Origin: Bacteroidales bacterium
Lineage (GTDB): Bacteria > Bacteroidota > Bacteroidia > Bacteroidales > Azobacteroidaceae
Direction of reading: 5' to 3'
Assembly: GCA_031552335.1 (NCBI GenBank)
Contig: JAVBMQ010000052.1
Coordinates: forward strand, 8,925 to 72,924
Length of the DNA stretch: 64,000 nucleotides
Shown: one piece after another, positions 45,609 through 55,287 of the stretch
Layout: each line of letters starts with the position of its first letter
Position numbering within the stretch: position 1 is the stretch's first letter
The notes under the pieces: generated by a model
What the model was told of the DNA's origin: nothing
The model's input: the letters and a program-made list of their open reading frames with translations, nothing else
Database searches by the model: none
Made by a program: the position numbers and the translations under genes

Positions 45609-46784
45609 ATGAAAAAAATGAATTGTGTCATTGTGATATTACTATTTATGATGACTTATACAATTGAAGCCGGCAATGTTAATATCAAAGAGGCGGATAT
45701 GAGCGGAATGCAAAGTGACGCTTTCAGCTTGGTATCAAAAATGACTATGGGTTGGAATCTCGGGAATACGATGGAAGCCATCGGCGGTGAAACCAACTGG
45801 GGAAATCCTAAAACAACAGAGGAGATGATTAAGGCTGTCAAGGCAGCCGGATACAATGCTGTCCGTATTCCCTGCGCCTGGGACAATTATTTAGAGAATC
45901 AGATTACTTATAAAATTAAGGATAACTGGCTGGCTCGTGTGAAAGAGGTAGTTGACTATTGCGTAAACAATGATATGTATGCCATACTTAATATTCACTG
46001 GGATGGCGGCTGGCTGGAAAATAATTGTACACCCGACAAACAGGAAGTGGTAAACATCAAACAAAATGCTTTATGGGAACAAATAGCTGTTTATTTTCGT
46101 GATTATGACGAGCATTTGTTATTTGCCGGATGCAATGAACCCAATGTGAAGAGCACCGAACAAATGGCTGTACTGTGTTCTTACGAACAAACTTTTGTCG
46201 ACGCTGTTCGTCGCACCGGCGGTCGCAATACTTACCGGAATCTAATTGTTCAGGGACCTGAAACGAATATTGACAAGACAGACGAATGGATGTGCTTGCC
46301 TAACGACCCTGCCGGCAAAGGAAGGATGATCATTGAAGTTCATTATTACTCGCCATACAACTTTTGCCTGATGCCAAAAGATGAAGAATGGGGAAAAAAG
46401 TATTATTTTTGGGGTGAAGGCAAACAGCAATATGCCACAGGAGAGTACGAAGGACGCTGGGCTGACTGGGGAGGAGAAGAATTCATGAAACAACAGTTTG
46501 CCAAGATGAAACGTAAATTTATAGACAATGGCGTGCCGGGTATCATCGGTGAATTTTGTTCTGCCAGACGATTTCTTAATGATCCTGAAGCACAACGAGC
46601 TCACGATGAATCGCGCGGCTATTTTCATGAATTTTTAACCGAACAGGCAAAAAATTATGGATTGGTCCCGTTCCTGTGGGATACGGGAGGCGTATTTGAC
46701 CGCCGGAATAATATGTCGGTAATAGATTCGCATATTTATGATGGTATGGTGAAAGGGGCTGGTCAGGGGAATTATCCGTTTTAA
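45609..46784 (+). CDS. GH5 endoglucanase-type enzyme (secreted)
   Basis: The track ORF starts at 45570. The start was moved to ATG 45609 (MKKMNCVIVILLFMMTYTIEA). GH5 motifs: GWNLGNTMEA, VRIPCAWDNY, LFAGCNEP and IIGEFC. Confidence 0.85.
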   Translation: MKKMNCVIVILLFMMTYTIEAGNVNIKEADMSGMQSDAFSLVSKMTMGWNLGNTMEAIGGETNWGNPKTTEEMIKAVKAAGYNAVRIPCAWDNYLENQITYKIKDNWLARVKEVVDYCVNNDMYAILNIHWDGGWLENNCTPDKQEVVNIKQNALWEQIAVYFRDYDEHLLFAGCNEPNVKSTEQMAVLCSYEQTFVDAVRRTGGRNTYRNLIVQGPETNIDKTDEWMCLPNDPAGKGRMIIEVHYYSPYNFCLMPKDEEWGKKYYFWGEGKQQYATGEYEGRWADWGGEEFMKQQFAKMKRKFIDNGVPGIIGEFCSARRFLNDPEAQRAHDESRGYFHEFLTEQAKNYGLVPFLWDTGGVFDRRNNMSVIDSHIYDGMVKGAGQGNYPF

Positions 46785-47072
46785 AAGCAAGAAGATTTAT
46801 GCATGCCATACCTGCTATTGGAACTAAATTTCAGAAGCCGGAGCCGCTGGTACCATCAGGGCAGAAAAATATGCAATTAAACTGGAAGGAAAACAAGTGT
46901 TGCTCACCACCAAACTTTCCCCGCTGCCGGGCGAAAAGGAAGAAGGTGTCAAAGCCCGTTTTTCTGATAAAATTTATACCCCATGGAGAAATCTATCAAA
47001 ATACAAATGGCAAATGGGGGGAGGATATGTAGCTATCCTTAAACCTGTCAGATAATTATAAATAATAAACAT

Positions 47073-49334
47073 ATGAAACGAATCATTAAAAGTGTAAGCT
47101 GGCTAATGGTGCTTGTTGCAATAGCAGGATGCAATGCCCGTCAACACACTCCTCAGGAGAAACTCAGCGTGAACGATAAAAAGATTAATGAAATTATCGC
47201 ACAGATGACTCTCGAAGAAAAAGTAGAAATGCTCCACAGCAAAACCATTATGTCTTCCGAGGGAGTTCCCCGCCTGGGCATTCAGGATATTAAATATGCC
47301 GATGGGCCATTTGGTGTCCGCGAAGAGTTAGGAGACGGATTTCAGCCTTTGAACTGGACTACCGATTCCGCCACTTATTATCCAACAGGTTCGGCATTGG
47401 CCGCCACATGGTCTTATGATTTGGCCTACGATTACGGTAAAGCCCTCGGTACTGAAGCCCGTCGTCGCGGAAAAGACATCATCCTTGGTCCTGCTATGAA
47501 CATCCAACGCCTGCCCGTAGGCGGACGCACGTATGAATATTTCAGCGAAGACCCGGCACTTAATGCCATACTGGCTGTCGGCTTCACCAAAGGTATGCAG
47601 GATGCCGGAACAGCCGCCTGCCTCAAACATTACGCCCTCAATAATCAGGAAACAAACCGGGGTAGCATAGATGTTATAATCGCCGAAAGACCCATGCGCG
47701 AAATCTACCTCAAGGCCTTCGAAGCTGCTGTTAAAGAAGGTGGCGCTATGTGTGTGATGCCCGCCTACAACAAAGTAAACGGTTACTACGGCTCCGAAAA
47801 CCGGCATCTCAACAATGACATTCTCCGTGGAGAATGGGGCTTTAAAGGCATGACCGTTTCCGATTGGGGAGGAACTCACAGTACTATGGGCGCCGCCCTC
47901 GGAGGACTGGATGTACAGATGACAGGAGATAATTACTTCGGACCCGCATTGATAGACTCCGTGCGCACAGGCAAACTCAGCGAATCTGTAGTAGATGATA
48001 AAGTACGCGAAATCTTACGCCTTCGCTTTGCTATCGAACCTATTCCCAACGAAAAAGCAAATACCGTTAAAATATCCCAGAAGGAACAACAGAAAGTAGC
48101 TTACAATGTAGCTGCAAAATCTATTGTACTCCTTAAAAACGAAAAAGCAGTCCTCCCTATCAACAGTCAAAAAACAAAGAAAATAGCCGTTATCGGACTC
48201 AATGCTACAACCACCACAGCTTCTGGAGGTATGGGAGCGGGAGCCAAAACCCCTTACGAAGTAAGCCCGCTACAGGGACTCAAAAACCGCATCGGAAATG
48301 ACGTGGAAATACAATACGCTCCTGCCTATAAAAATTACATGGGCATGTTTGCAGGAAACAAAGCCAATACTCCTGAAATTGCCCAAACCCTAGACGAAGC
48401 GCCCGATGCCACTTTGTTGGCCGATGCCATCGCCGCCGCCCGCAATGCCGACCTCGTTCTTTTCTTCGCGGGAACCAACAAATTCATTGAAAGCGAAGGT
48501 ATAGACCGTGAAAATATCCTTCTGCCTGTCAGCCAGGATGTAATTATTTCCAAGATTGCCGAAGTAAATCCCAATATAGTTACCGTAGTCGTATCAGGAG
48601 GCCCCTGCGACCTGAGAGTAGTCGAAGAAAAATCAAATGCAATTATTCAGGCCTGGTGGAACGGTCTTGAAGGCGGACATGCCCTGGCTGACGTTCTGCT
48701 GGGAAATATTTCTCCTTCGGGAAAACTCCCCTTCACCTTCCCGTTGAAACTCGAAGACTCACCCGCCTATGCCTTAGGCAATTTTTCGAAAGAAATCGTT
48801 AGCGACGGTGATGTATTTGCCGCTCAATTCAGGCACGATATCGTGGGTGATGCTGACTACGACCCTGCTCTCTATTCTCCCAAGGCGCACTATTCCGAAG
48901 GTTTGCTGGTAGGTTACCGTTGGTTCGATACCAAAGGCGTTCCGGTGCTGTATCCTTTTGGCCATGGACTGTCTTATGCAAGTTTCGGCTATGCCAACAT
49001 CCGGAGCGATAAGAGCAAATACTCCGCCCAGGATATCATTAAAATCAGTTTCGATTTGACCAATGAAGGTTCTATGGAAGCCGACGAGGTAGTGCAACTC
49101 TACGTTCGTCGCCCCAATGCAAAAGTCGAATGGCCGTATAAAGAACTGAAAGCCTTCCGGCGCACGACTCTCGGTGCAGGCAAAACACAAACAATTACCC
49201 TCGAAGTTCCTGTTGCCGAACTGCGCTACTGGGACGAAGCGACCAACGACTGGAAACTCGAAAGCGGAACCATTGAAGTACTCGTAGGAACTTCATCTGC
49301 CAAACTGCCTCTAAAAACCACTGAAACTATCTGA
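47073..49334 (+). CDS. GH3 beta-glucosidase (lipoprotein)
   Basis: Lipobox LVAIAGCN. GH3 motifs: DGPFGVRE, KHYALNNQE, VSDWGG and VVQLYVRRP...LKAFRRTTLGAGK. Confidence 0.88.
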   Translation: MKRIIKSVSWLMVLVAIAGCNARQHTPQEKLSVNDKKINEIIAQMTLEEKVEMLHSKTIMSSEGVPRLGIQDIKYADGPFGVREELGDGFQPLNWTTDSATYYPTGSALAATWSYDLAYDYGKALGTEARRRGKDIILGPAMNIQRLPVGGRTYEYFSEDPALNAILAVGFTKGMQDAGTAACLKHYALNNQETNRGSIDVIIAERPMREIYLKAFEAAVKEGGAMCVMPAYNKVNGYYGSENRHLNNDILRGEWGFKGMTVSDWGGTHSTMGAALGGLDVQMTGDNYFGPALIDSVRTGKLSESVVDDKVREILRLRFAIEPIPNEKANTVKISQKEQQKVAYNVAAKSIVLLKNEKAVLPINSQKTKKIAVIGLNATTTTASGGMGAGAKTPYEVSPLQGLKNRIGNDVEIQYAPAYKNYMGMFAGNKANTPEIAQTLDEAPDATLLADAIAAARNADLVLFFAGTNKFIESEGIDRENILLPVSQDVIISKIAEVNPNIVTVVVSGGPCDLRVVEEKSNAIIQAWWNGLEGGHALADVLLGNISPSGKLPFTFPLKLEDSPAYALGNFSKEIVSDGDVFAAQFRHDIVGDADYDPALYSPKAHYSEGLLVGYRWFDTKGVPVLYPFGHGLSYASFGYANIRSDKSKYSAQDIIKISFDLTNEGSMEADEVVQLYVRRPNAKVEWPYKELKAFRRTTLGAGKTQTITLEVPVAELRYWDEATNDWKLESGTIEVLVGTSSAKLPLKTTETI

Positions 49335-49367
49335 ACAAGAGGAAGACATTATTTTACTCTCTTACTT

Positions 49368-49405
49368 CCGGGCACAGCTCACGCTGGTGCCCGGGTTATT
49401 CCCGG
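49368..49405. terminator. GC-rich hairpins between the convergent GH3 and HTCS-2 genes
   Basis: CCGGGCACAGC...GCTGGTGCCCGG (49368-49394, one bulge) overlaps a second hairpin, CCGGG-TTATT-CCCGG (49391-49405). The T-tracts are weak. Confidence 0.4.
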
Positions 49406-49442
49406 CTAAGAGGTTTCATAAACGGGTATGATTTGTTCTCAA

Positions 49443-52400
49443 TCATTTCGACAGGTTTTTTTTGTAATCATTCGGAGTAATGCCAAATTCTTCTTTGAAA
49501 TATTTCCGTAAATATTTTGGTTCGTTAAATCCGACCTTATAAGCAATTTCACTTACATACATCTGGCTTTTTTCAAGCAGTTCTTTGGCATGCTTCAAGC
49601 GGATGAAACGCATAAATTCCGAAGGCGTTTTACCAGTCAAAGCAAGTACTTTTTTATAAAAGTGAACCCGGCTCAGACCAACTTCCTTACATAAGTCTTC
49701 GACAAGAAACTCGGGATTACTCATATTTTTTTCCACAATGGCAACAGCGTTTTGAATAAATTTTTCATCCATCGACACAACATTTATATCTCCCAGGGTT
49801 ATATCGACTTTCTTTTTGAAGTTGCTTTGAATTTTTTTCTGTTTTTCTACAATTTTAGCAATTTTCAATTTCAATATCTCGGTGTTGAATGGCTTGGATA
49901 TATAATCGTCGGCGCCTGCATCTATTCCCTGATATTCGCTTTCTTCGGATGACTTGGCTGTAAGCAAAATAATAGGAATATGAGATGTACGCATATCTTC
50001 TTTTACTTTGCGGCATAATTCATAACCATTCATTTTAGGCATCATCACATCACACAGGATTATATCGGGTAATTCATCAAGTACAATCCGGTGACCTTCT
50101 TCTCCATCATTTGCAGTAATGATACGATATTCATCCATGAATAAATCAGAAATAAAGTCGCAAAAATCCCCATTGTCATCTATGACAAGAAGTAACGGCA
50201 AATCGGTTCGCCTGACAGTTGTTGTTCCGAAGTTTTCTTTATCCTGTAGAGATAGGGACATGGAATCTCCCAAATAAATAATATCCTGATTTTTCAAATT
50301 TGTAAAAACCGGATTTTTCATCGGGATCAAAACGGTAAAAACAGACCCTTTGCCTTCAGTGCTCTCCACGGATATTTCTCCTCCATGCAATTTTACATAT
50401 TCGCTTACCAGATGTAATCCGACCCCGGTTCCGGATTGATGGACTTTGTCAGGTTCCTCTATCCGGAAAAACCGCTCGAATATCTTTTCTAAATATTCCG
50501 GTTTCATTCCGATTCCTGTGTCGGAGACTTTCAACTGCATCTGTTTGGAAGGTGACGCCTCATTGTTCTGCATTAGTTCGGAAATACTGATGCTGACATC
50601 TATATGTCCTTCCTCTGTATATTTAAATGCATTGGATATAAGGTTTGAAACTATCTTTTTCATTTTCTCCTTATCGAATTCCATCTGCAATTCCTGTAAA
50701 TAAGAAGTAAAAGTCAGCTTGATTGATTTTTCGGCTGCAAGGTTAGAAAACGACAAGCAAATATCTTTCGTAAACTCAATGATATCGCCCTTTGAACTAT
50801 GGAATGTCATTTTATTCAAGTCGAATTTTCTGAAATCCAAAATCTCATTGACCATGGTCAATAGATTATGCGCATTTTTGTACATGATATCCATGGTCAA
50901 TTTATAATCCGGATAAACCGGAGATTTCATCAGCTTTTCGAGAGGAGTAAGTATCAGTGTGAGCGGTGTTTTAAATTCATGGCTTATGTTTGTAAAAAAA
51001 CGAAGTTTAAGTTCATCCACCTCATGCTGTTTATCAGCTTCCAGAATTTTTTGGGCTTGTTCATAATGCTTCTTTTGCTTGTTTAGTTTGTATTTTACAA
51101 ACCATCTGATTATGCCGGCTATAATAAGCAGATAAATAAGGTATGCCCACCATGAAAGCCAAAATGGAGGTTCCACAATTATTTTGAGCGTAATAGGGTC
51201 GGTCATCCAGATATCGTCGTCATTGCTGGCATAAACAATCAGCTTATAAGTTCCCGGATTCAGATTGGAATAAGAGGCTGCGCCTATTCCGTTTGTGATT
51301 TCAATCCAGTTATTATCCAGTCCTTCAAGCATATATTTGTATTTATTTTTTTCGGGATGGATAAAATTGAGGGCTGAAAATTGTATGGTAAAATTTGTTT
51401 CGTTGTATTTCAATTTTATTTCGTTCAAATCAACAATCGATTTGTCTATTATTACACGTCCGTTATATTTGACATTCGGCTTTATGACCTGGTTTGTAAT
51501 CAGAATATCTGTGAACCGTGCTTGGGGAATATTCCGGTTATATACAATCTCACGCGGATTAAACTCAACATAACCACCTGCACTTCCGATATAAATTGTT
51601 CCGTCTTTGTCTTTGAAAACAGCACCTTGGTTGCATACGGAACCGGGCAAGCCATCATTGACTCCAAATGCTGTTATCGAGTATTCCAATGTTTGATTCG
51701 TATATTGACAATAAATGCAGGCCAACCCGTTCTGAGTTCCGGCCCATATATTTCCGTCATTATCTTCCACCAACGAAGACACTTCATCGCCGGGCAAACC
51801 ATTGCTGCTTGTTATATACAAAAACCGTTTTGTGGCAGGGTTGTAAATATTAATTCCTCTTCTGGTGCCCATCCATAAGAGTCCCCTTGAATCCACAATC
51901 TGGAAGCTCATAGACACAACTGTAAGTGAATCCTCATAACCCGGTTCGGAAAAATAAGGTATTATTTCCTTTGAGTTTTGTTTAATAACATATACTCCAT
52001 GGTCGGAACCAATATATATATTGTTTAACGAATCGGTAAAACTTGACAATATAAAATTTGATTGTAATTTACTGTTTTGAGTATTGTAGTTTGTAAATAA
52101 ATTTCTCTCCGGATTCAGGCAATCGATTCCTCCTCCCAAAGTGCCTATCCATAAATTATGTGTATTATCTTCGGCAATACAATACACGCTTTTGTTGGAT
52201 AACGAATTCCGATTGTTTTCGTCCAACTGGTATCGTTTGAATTTCCGCCCCCGGTAAGCGTTCAATCCTCCGAGGAATGTACCTATCCAAAGCGTATTTT
52301 CATGATCCTCGAAAATGGCAGTGATAATATCGGAGGATATGCTTTCAGGGTCATTCGGATTATTTTGGAAACGCTGTACACTTCCGCTTTGGGCATTGTA

Positions 52401-53564
52401 TTTTATCAATCCCTGTCCGTTAGTCCCGATCCAAAGATTGTTTTCTTTGTCTTTATATAACCTGTTACAGTCGAAAACCTCGGCCTTTCGATGAAATATA
52501 TAGTAAAGAGGCGTTTTTTTGAATTTGAACATATTGGGATTGTAGCACGACAACCCGGCTTTATAGGTTCCCGCCCATACCGTGCCGTCGCTTTCGCACA
52601 AGATGCTGATAACTGAATTTTGGCTGATTGAATACGGGTTGTACACATCATTTTTGAGGACTTCGATTGTATTCGTTTTTTTATCAACGATATTAATACC
52701 TCCCTGGTCGCTTCCTATCCATATCCGGCCGTTATTATCTTCACCTATACATCTTACAAAACTACCCGAAAGAGGCATTGTTCCACTGGTATTCAAAAAT
52801 GTCCACTGGTTATTTTTTAGACTAAGATAAGCGGTACCTTTATCACCAATACCCGGATATATCCATACCTGATTGTCGGAATCTATGAAAATCGATTTGG
52901 AAATGGTAGAATTTTTATCGTTATCTTTAAAAAAAGTATTGCGGAAATCTACCAATCCTGTTTCGGTATTGATACGTTCCAGAATACCGTTTTCGTGCAA
53001 TGCCCATATAAAATGCTTTTGGGCTTTTACCTGTATAATTTCAGAAAAATCGAGTTCGTTATTACTATCGGATTGTTGATACGAGGTAACATTTTTGGTT
53101 TGAACATCATATTTATAAATGCCCTTACCGGGATAAGACAACAGGAAGTTTTTGTCTTTATCTATTTCAATCACAGAAGGAGCAGGTGGTAATCCCATCA
53201 TATATAATAAGGAATCCGCATTGTTTATGAATGATTCTTTGTGCCAGTCGTATACTGTATAAAAGAAAACTTTCATCCACAAATTCCCATTGATGTCTTC
53301 CTGAATGTCTAATACTCCGTCATACATCAGACTACTAGGGTCACCTTTAACATATTTGTATGTTTTGAAATTAATCCCGTCATAGCGGTTCACTCCCATA
53401 TTTGTACCTATCCAAAGAAACCCCCGGCTATCCCTGAATATAGATTCAACCTGATTGTTCGAAAGTCCATTGGTATTGTTTATATGTGAAAATTCAATCT
53501 GTTGAGAATAAACTAAAGCAGCTACAAAGGAAAAAAACAAGCACAATATAAATTGTCTCTTCAT
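49443..53564 (-). CDS. Hybrid two-component system regulator HTCS-2 (sensor, HK, receiver, AraC HTH)
   Basis: 1373 aa with signal peptide MKRQFILCLFFSFVAALVYSQ. Beta-propeller repeats and a Y_Y_Y region. TM segment WAYLIYLLIIAGII. HisKA motif FFTNISHEFKTPLT. HATPase motifs DTGIGM and GTGVGLHL. Receiver region LLLVIDDN...DIILCDVMMPKMNG. The C-terminus is AraC-like. Confidence 0.9.
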   Translation of the reverse strand: MKRQFILCLFFSFVAALVYSQQIEFSHINNTNGLSNNQVESIFRDSRGFLWIGTNMGVNRYDGINFKTYKYVKGDPSSLMYDGVLDIQEDINGNLWMKVFFYTVYDWHKESFINNADSLLYMMGLPPAPSVIEIDKDKNFLLSYPGKGIYKYDVQTKNVTSYQQSDSNNELDFSEIIQVKAQKHFIWALHENGILERINTETGLVDFRNTFFKDNDKNSTISKSIFIDSDNQVWIYPGIGDKGTAYLSLKNNQWTFLNTSGTMPLSGSFVRCIGEDNNGRIWIGSDQGGINIVDKKTNTIEVLKNDVYNPYSISQNSVISILCESDGTVWAGTYKAGLSCYNPNMFKFKKTPLYYIFHRKAEVFDCNRLYKDKENNLWIGTNGQGLIKYNAQSGSVQRFQNNPNDPESISSDIITAIFEDHENTLWIGTFLGGLNAYRGRKFKRYQLDENNRNSLSNKSVYCIAEDNTHNLWIGTLGGGIDCLNPERNLFTNYNTQNSKLQSNFILSSFTDSLNNIYIGSDHGVYVIKQNSKEIIPYFSEPGYEDSLTVVSMSFQIVDSRGLLWMGTRRGINIYNPATKRFLYITSSNGLPGDEVSSLVEDNDGNIWAGTQNGLACIYCQYTNQTLEYSITAFGVNDGLPGSVCNQGAVFKDKDGTIYIGSAGGYVEFNPREIVYNRNIPQARFTDILITNQVIKPNVKYNGRVIIDKSIVDLNEIKLKYNETNFTIQFSALNFIHPEKNKYKYMLEGLDNNWIEITNGIGAASYSNLNPGTYKLIVYASNDDDIWMTDPITLKIIVEPPFWLSWWAYLIYLLIIAGIIRWFVKYKLNKQKKHYEQAQKILEADKQHEVDELKLRFFTNISHEFKTPLTLILTPLEKLMKSPVYPDYKLTMDIMYKNAHNLLTMVNEILDFRKFDLNKMTFHSSKGDIIEFTKDICLSFSNLAAEKSIKLTFTSYLQELQMEFDKEKMKKIVSNLISNAFKYTEEGHIDVSISISELMQNNEASPSKQMQLKVSDTGIGMKPEYLEKIFERFFRIEEPDKVHQSGTGVGLHLVSEYVKLHGGEISVESTEGKGSVFTVLIPMKNPVFTNLKNQDIIYLGDSMSLSLQDKENFGTTTVRRTDLPLLLVIDDNGDFCDFISDLFMDEYRIITANDGEEGHRIVLDELPDIILCDVMMPKMNGYELCRKVKEDMRTSHIPIILLTAKSSEESEYQGIDAGADDYISKPFNTEILKLKIAKIVEKQKKIQSNFKKKVDITLGDINVVSMDEKFIQNAVAIVEKNMSNPEFLVEDLCKEVGLSRVHFYKKVLALTGKTPSEFMRFIRLKHAKELLEKSQMYVSEIAYKVGFNEPKYLRKYFKEEFGITPNDYKKNLSK

Positions 53565-53590
53565 GGGTATTAAATCAATAGATTATTATA

Positions 53591-53598
53591 CAAATGTA
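53591..53598 (-). promoter_or_regulatory. Candidate -7 box (TACATTTG on the minus strand) for HTCS-2
   Basis: The plus strand reads CAAATGTA, 27 nt upstream of ATG 53564. Confidence 0.4.
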
Positions 53599-53717
53599 CA
53601 AGATAATTTTTGAACGGTTCACACAGTTAAACAAAAATATTATTCCAGAATCCAGTCTTTTCAAAAATTGTATATTCATGTCTGATATTTTTAACACAAT
53701 GGGGGTCAAATAAAAAC

Positions 53718-53775
53718 ATGTAACATTTTCGTAACAATTAGTTAAGAATTATGTAATATATACATTCTACATTTG
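53718..53775 (+). promoter_or_regulatory. Candidate porin promoter: box ATGTAACATTT (53718-53728) and -7 box TACATTTG (53768-53775)
   Basis: The box matches the 35822 box at 10 of 11 positions. The spacing to the -7 box is 39 nt here, not 27. ATG 53801 lies 26 nt after the -7 box. Confidence 0.4.
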
Positions 53776-53800
53776 CGTCAAAATTTTAATTAAAAAATTT

Positions 53801-55168
53801 ATGAAAAACAAATTGGTCTTAGTTCTTTTATCTTTTACCTGTTTTTTTAATAGTAGCTTGCAGGCTCAGGAAACTGAAATGAGCGATGTTGAAAAGCTTG
53901 ACCAAAGGACTCTGGCTTTTGAGAGTGCAGTCAAAACACTTCAGAAGTTCAAAATCTCCGGGTATATCCAAACACAGTATCAGGTTGCACAACCCAATGC
54001 AGAGTTAAGTACAAATATGAAGGTTGGCGGAAACAATGAAAACCTCAACGAAAATTACAATAGGTTCGGAATTCGTCGCGGACGTATTAAATTTACTTAT
54101 GAAGAAGGTATTGCCTCCGGAGTTTTTCAGCTAGATATGACTGAAAACGGAATATCCGTGAAAGATGTTTATTTGAATATTAAAGATCCCTGGTTTAAAT
54201 CAAGCGCTTTACGTTCTGGAATTTTTGACCGTACATTCGGTTATGAGATCAGTTATTCTTCTTCACGCCGGGAATCACCGGAACGTTCTACTGTTTTTCA
54301 AACGCTTTTTCCTAATGAACGTGATTTAGGTACTGCTCTTTATTTGCAACCGGCAAAAATATCCCCGCTTAATTTTCTTCATTTGGATTTAGGTATTTTC
54401 GCAGGGAATGGGATTAAACCTGAAATGGATAACCACCTGGATTTTATAGGACACCTTTATGCAAGCAATAATATCGGATCACATGTCAAATATGGAATAG
54501 GAGTTTCATATTACAATGGGGGTGTAATGCAATACAGCAAAGATGTTTATACGATGGATGGTAATGTTTTTGTATTGAACAGTGACTCTGTATCTAACTT
54601 CAGAAAGTCTGCCAAAAGAGAATACTTCGGAATTGACGGACAATTTAATTATATTTCTAAAGCCGGAATGACCAAAATACATGCCGAATATTTATTCGGC
54701 CAACAACCGGGAAGCAAATCTTCAAGTAAAAGTCCTAATTCAGGGGTACTTGCAACAGTAGTCCGGGAAATGAACCCAAATCTGGTTACCAACGACACTT
54801 ATATCCGTAACTTTAACGGAGGATATGTCATGCTTACCCAAGACTTAGGAAAACTTCCCTTTACCGCCGTACTGAAATACGACTGGTATGATCCGAATAC
54901 TCAAGTAAAAGGAAGTGAAATCGGAGAAGATGTGGAAACAAACCAATATAAAACCGGGTTTGCCGACTTGTCACAAAATACGATTGGACTCGGAGCTTTG
55001 TGGAAAGCCAGTAATAACCTCCTCCTTACAGCTTATTATGAAATCAATAATTATGAAAAAGCAGATCTTTCATACAAATTCAACAGCAATACAAACGGAG
55101 AAAAAGCATTTGTAGTTAACGACCTGAAAAGAAATGTATTTACATTGAGATTGCAATATAAATTTTAA
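53801..55168 (+). CDS. Outer-membrane porin-like beta-barrel (phosphate-selective porin O/P-like family)
   Basis: Signal peptide ...SSLQAQ. N-terminal coiled segment followed by KISGYIQTQYQ, then NRFGIRRGRIKF. The rest has an alternating beta-strand pattern. Terminal ...FTLRLQYKF. Confidence 0.55.
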   Translation: MKNKLVLVLLSFTCFFNSSLQAQETEMSDVEKLDQRTLAFESAVKTLQKFKISGYIQTQYQVAQPNAELSTNMKVGGNNENLNENYNRFGIRRGRIKFTYEEGIASGVFQLDMTENGISVKDVYLNIKDPWFKSSALRSGIFDRTFGYEISYSSSRRESPERSTVFQTLFPNERDLGTALYLQPAKISPLNFLHLDLGIFAGNGIKPEMDNHLDFIGHLYASNNIGSHVKYGIGVSYYNGGVMQYSKDVYTMDGNVFVLNSDSVSNFRKSAKREYFGIDGQFNYISKAGMTKIHAEYLFGQQPGSKSSSKSPNSGVLATVVREMNPNLVTNDTYIRNFNGGYVMLTQDLGKLPFTAVLKYDWYDPNTQVKGSEIGEDVETNQYKTGFADLSQNTIGLGALWKASNNLLLTAYYEINNYEKADLSYKFNSNTNGEKAFVVNDLKRNVFTLRLQYKF

Positions 55169-55287
55169 TTGTCTTTTACGTGGAGGTAAAGTCCTTAAAC
55201 GTGGAGGTCTTCTTGACTTTTGACTATATGCCGTACCCATATAATACCCAATTTTATTCTTCCACAGCATTCCACATAAAAGGTATT

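Noticed and set aside
46799-47032. The 77-aa ORF in the GH5/GH3 gap.
   Set aside because: Its composition is basic and Cys-rich, it has no recognisable domain, and no promoter box precedes it. A different frame looks more protein-like but lacks a start codon; this is reported separately as a low-interest finding.
17058-49190. Other antisense ORFs, such as 17058-17534, 37756-38226, 39276-39683, 42060-42476, 44303-44746, 47328-47879 and 48774-49190.
   Set aside because: For the same reason: each is nested opposite a well-supported GH gene.
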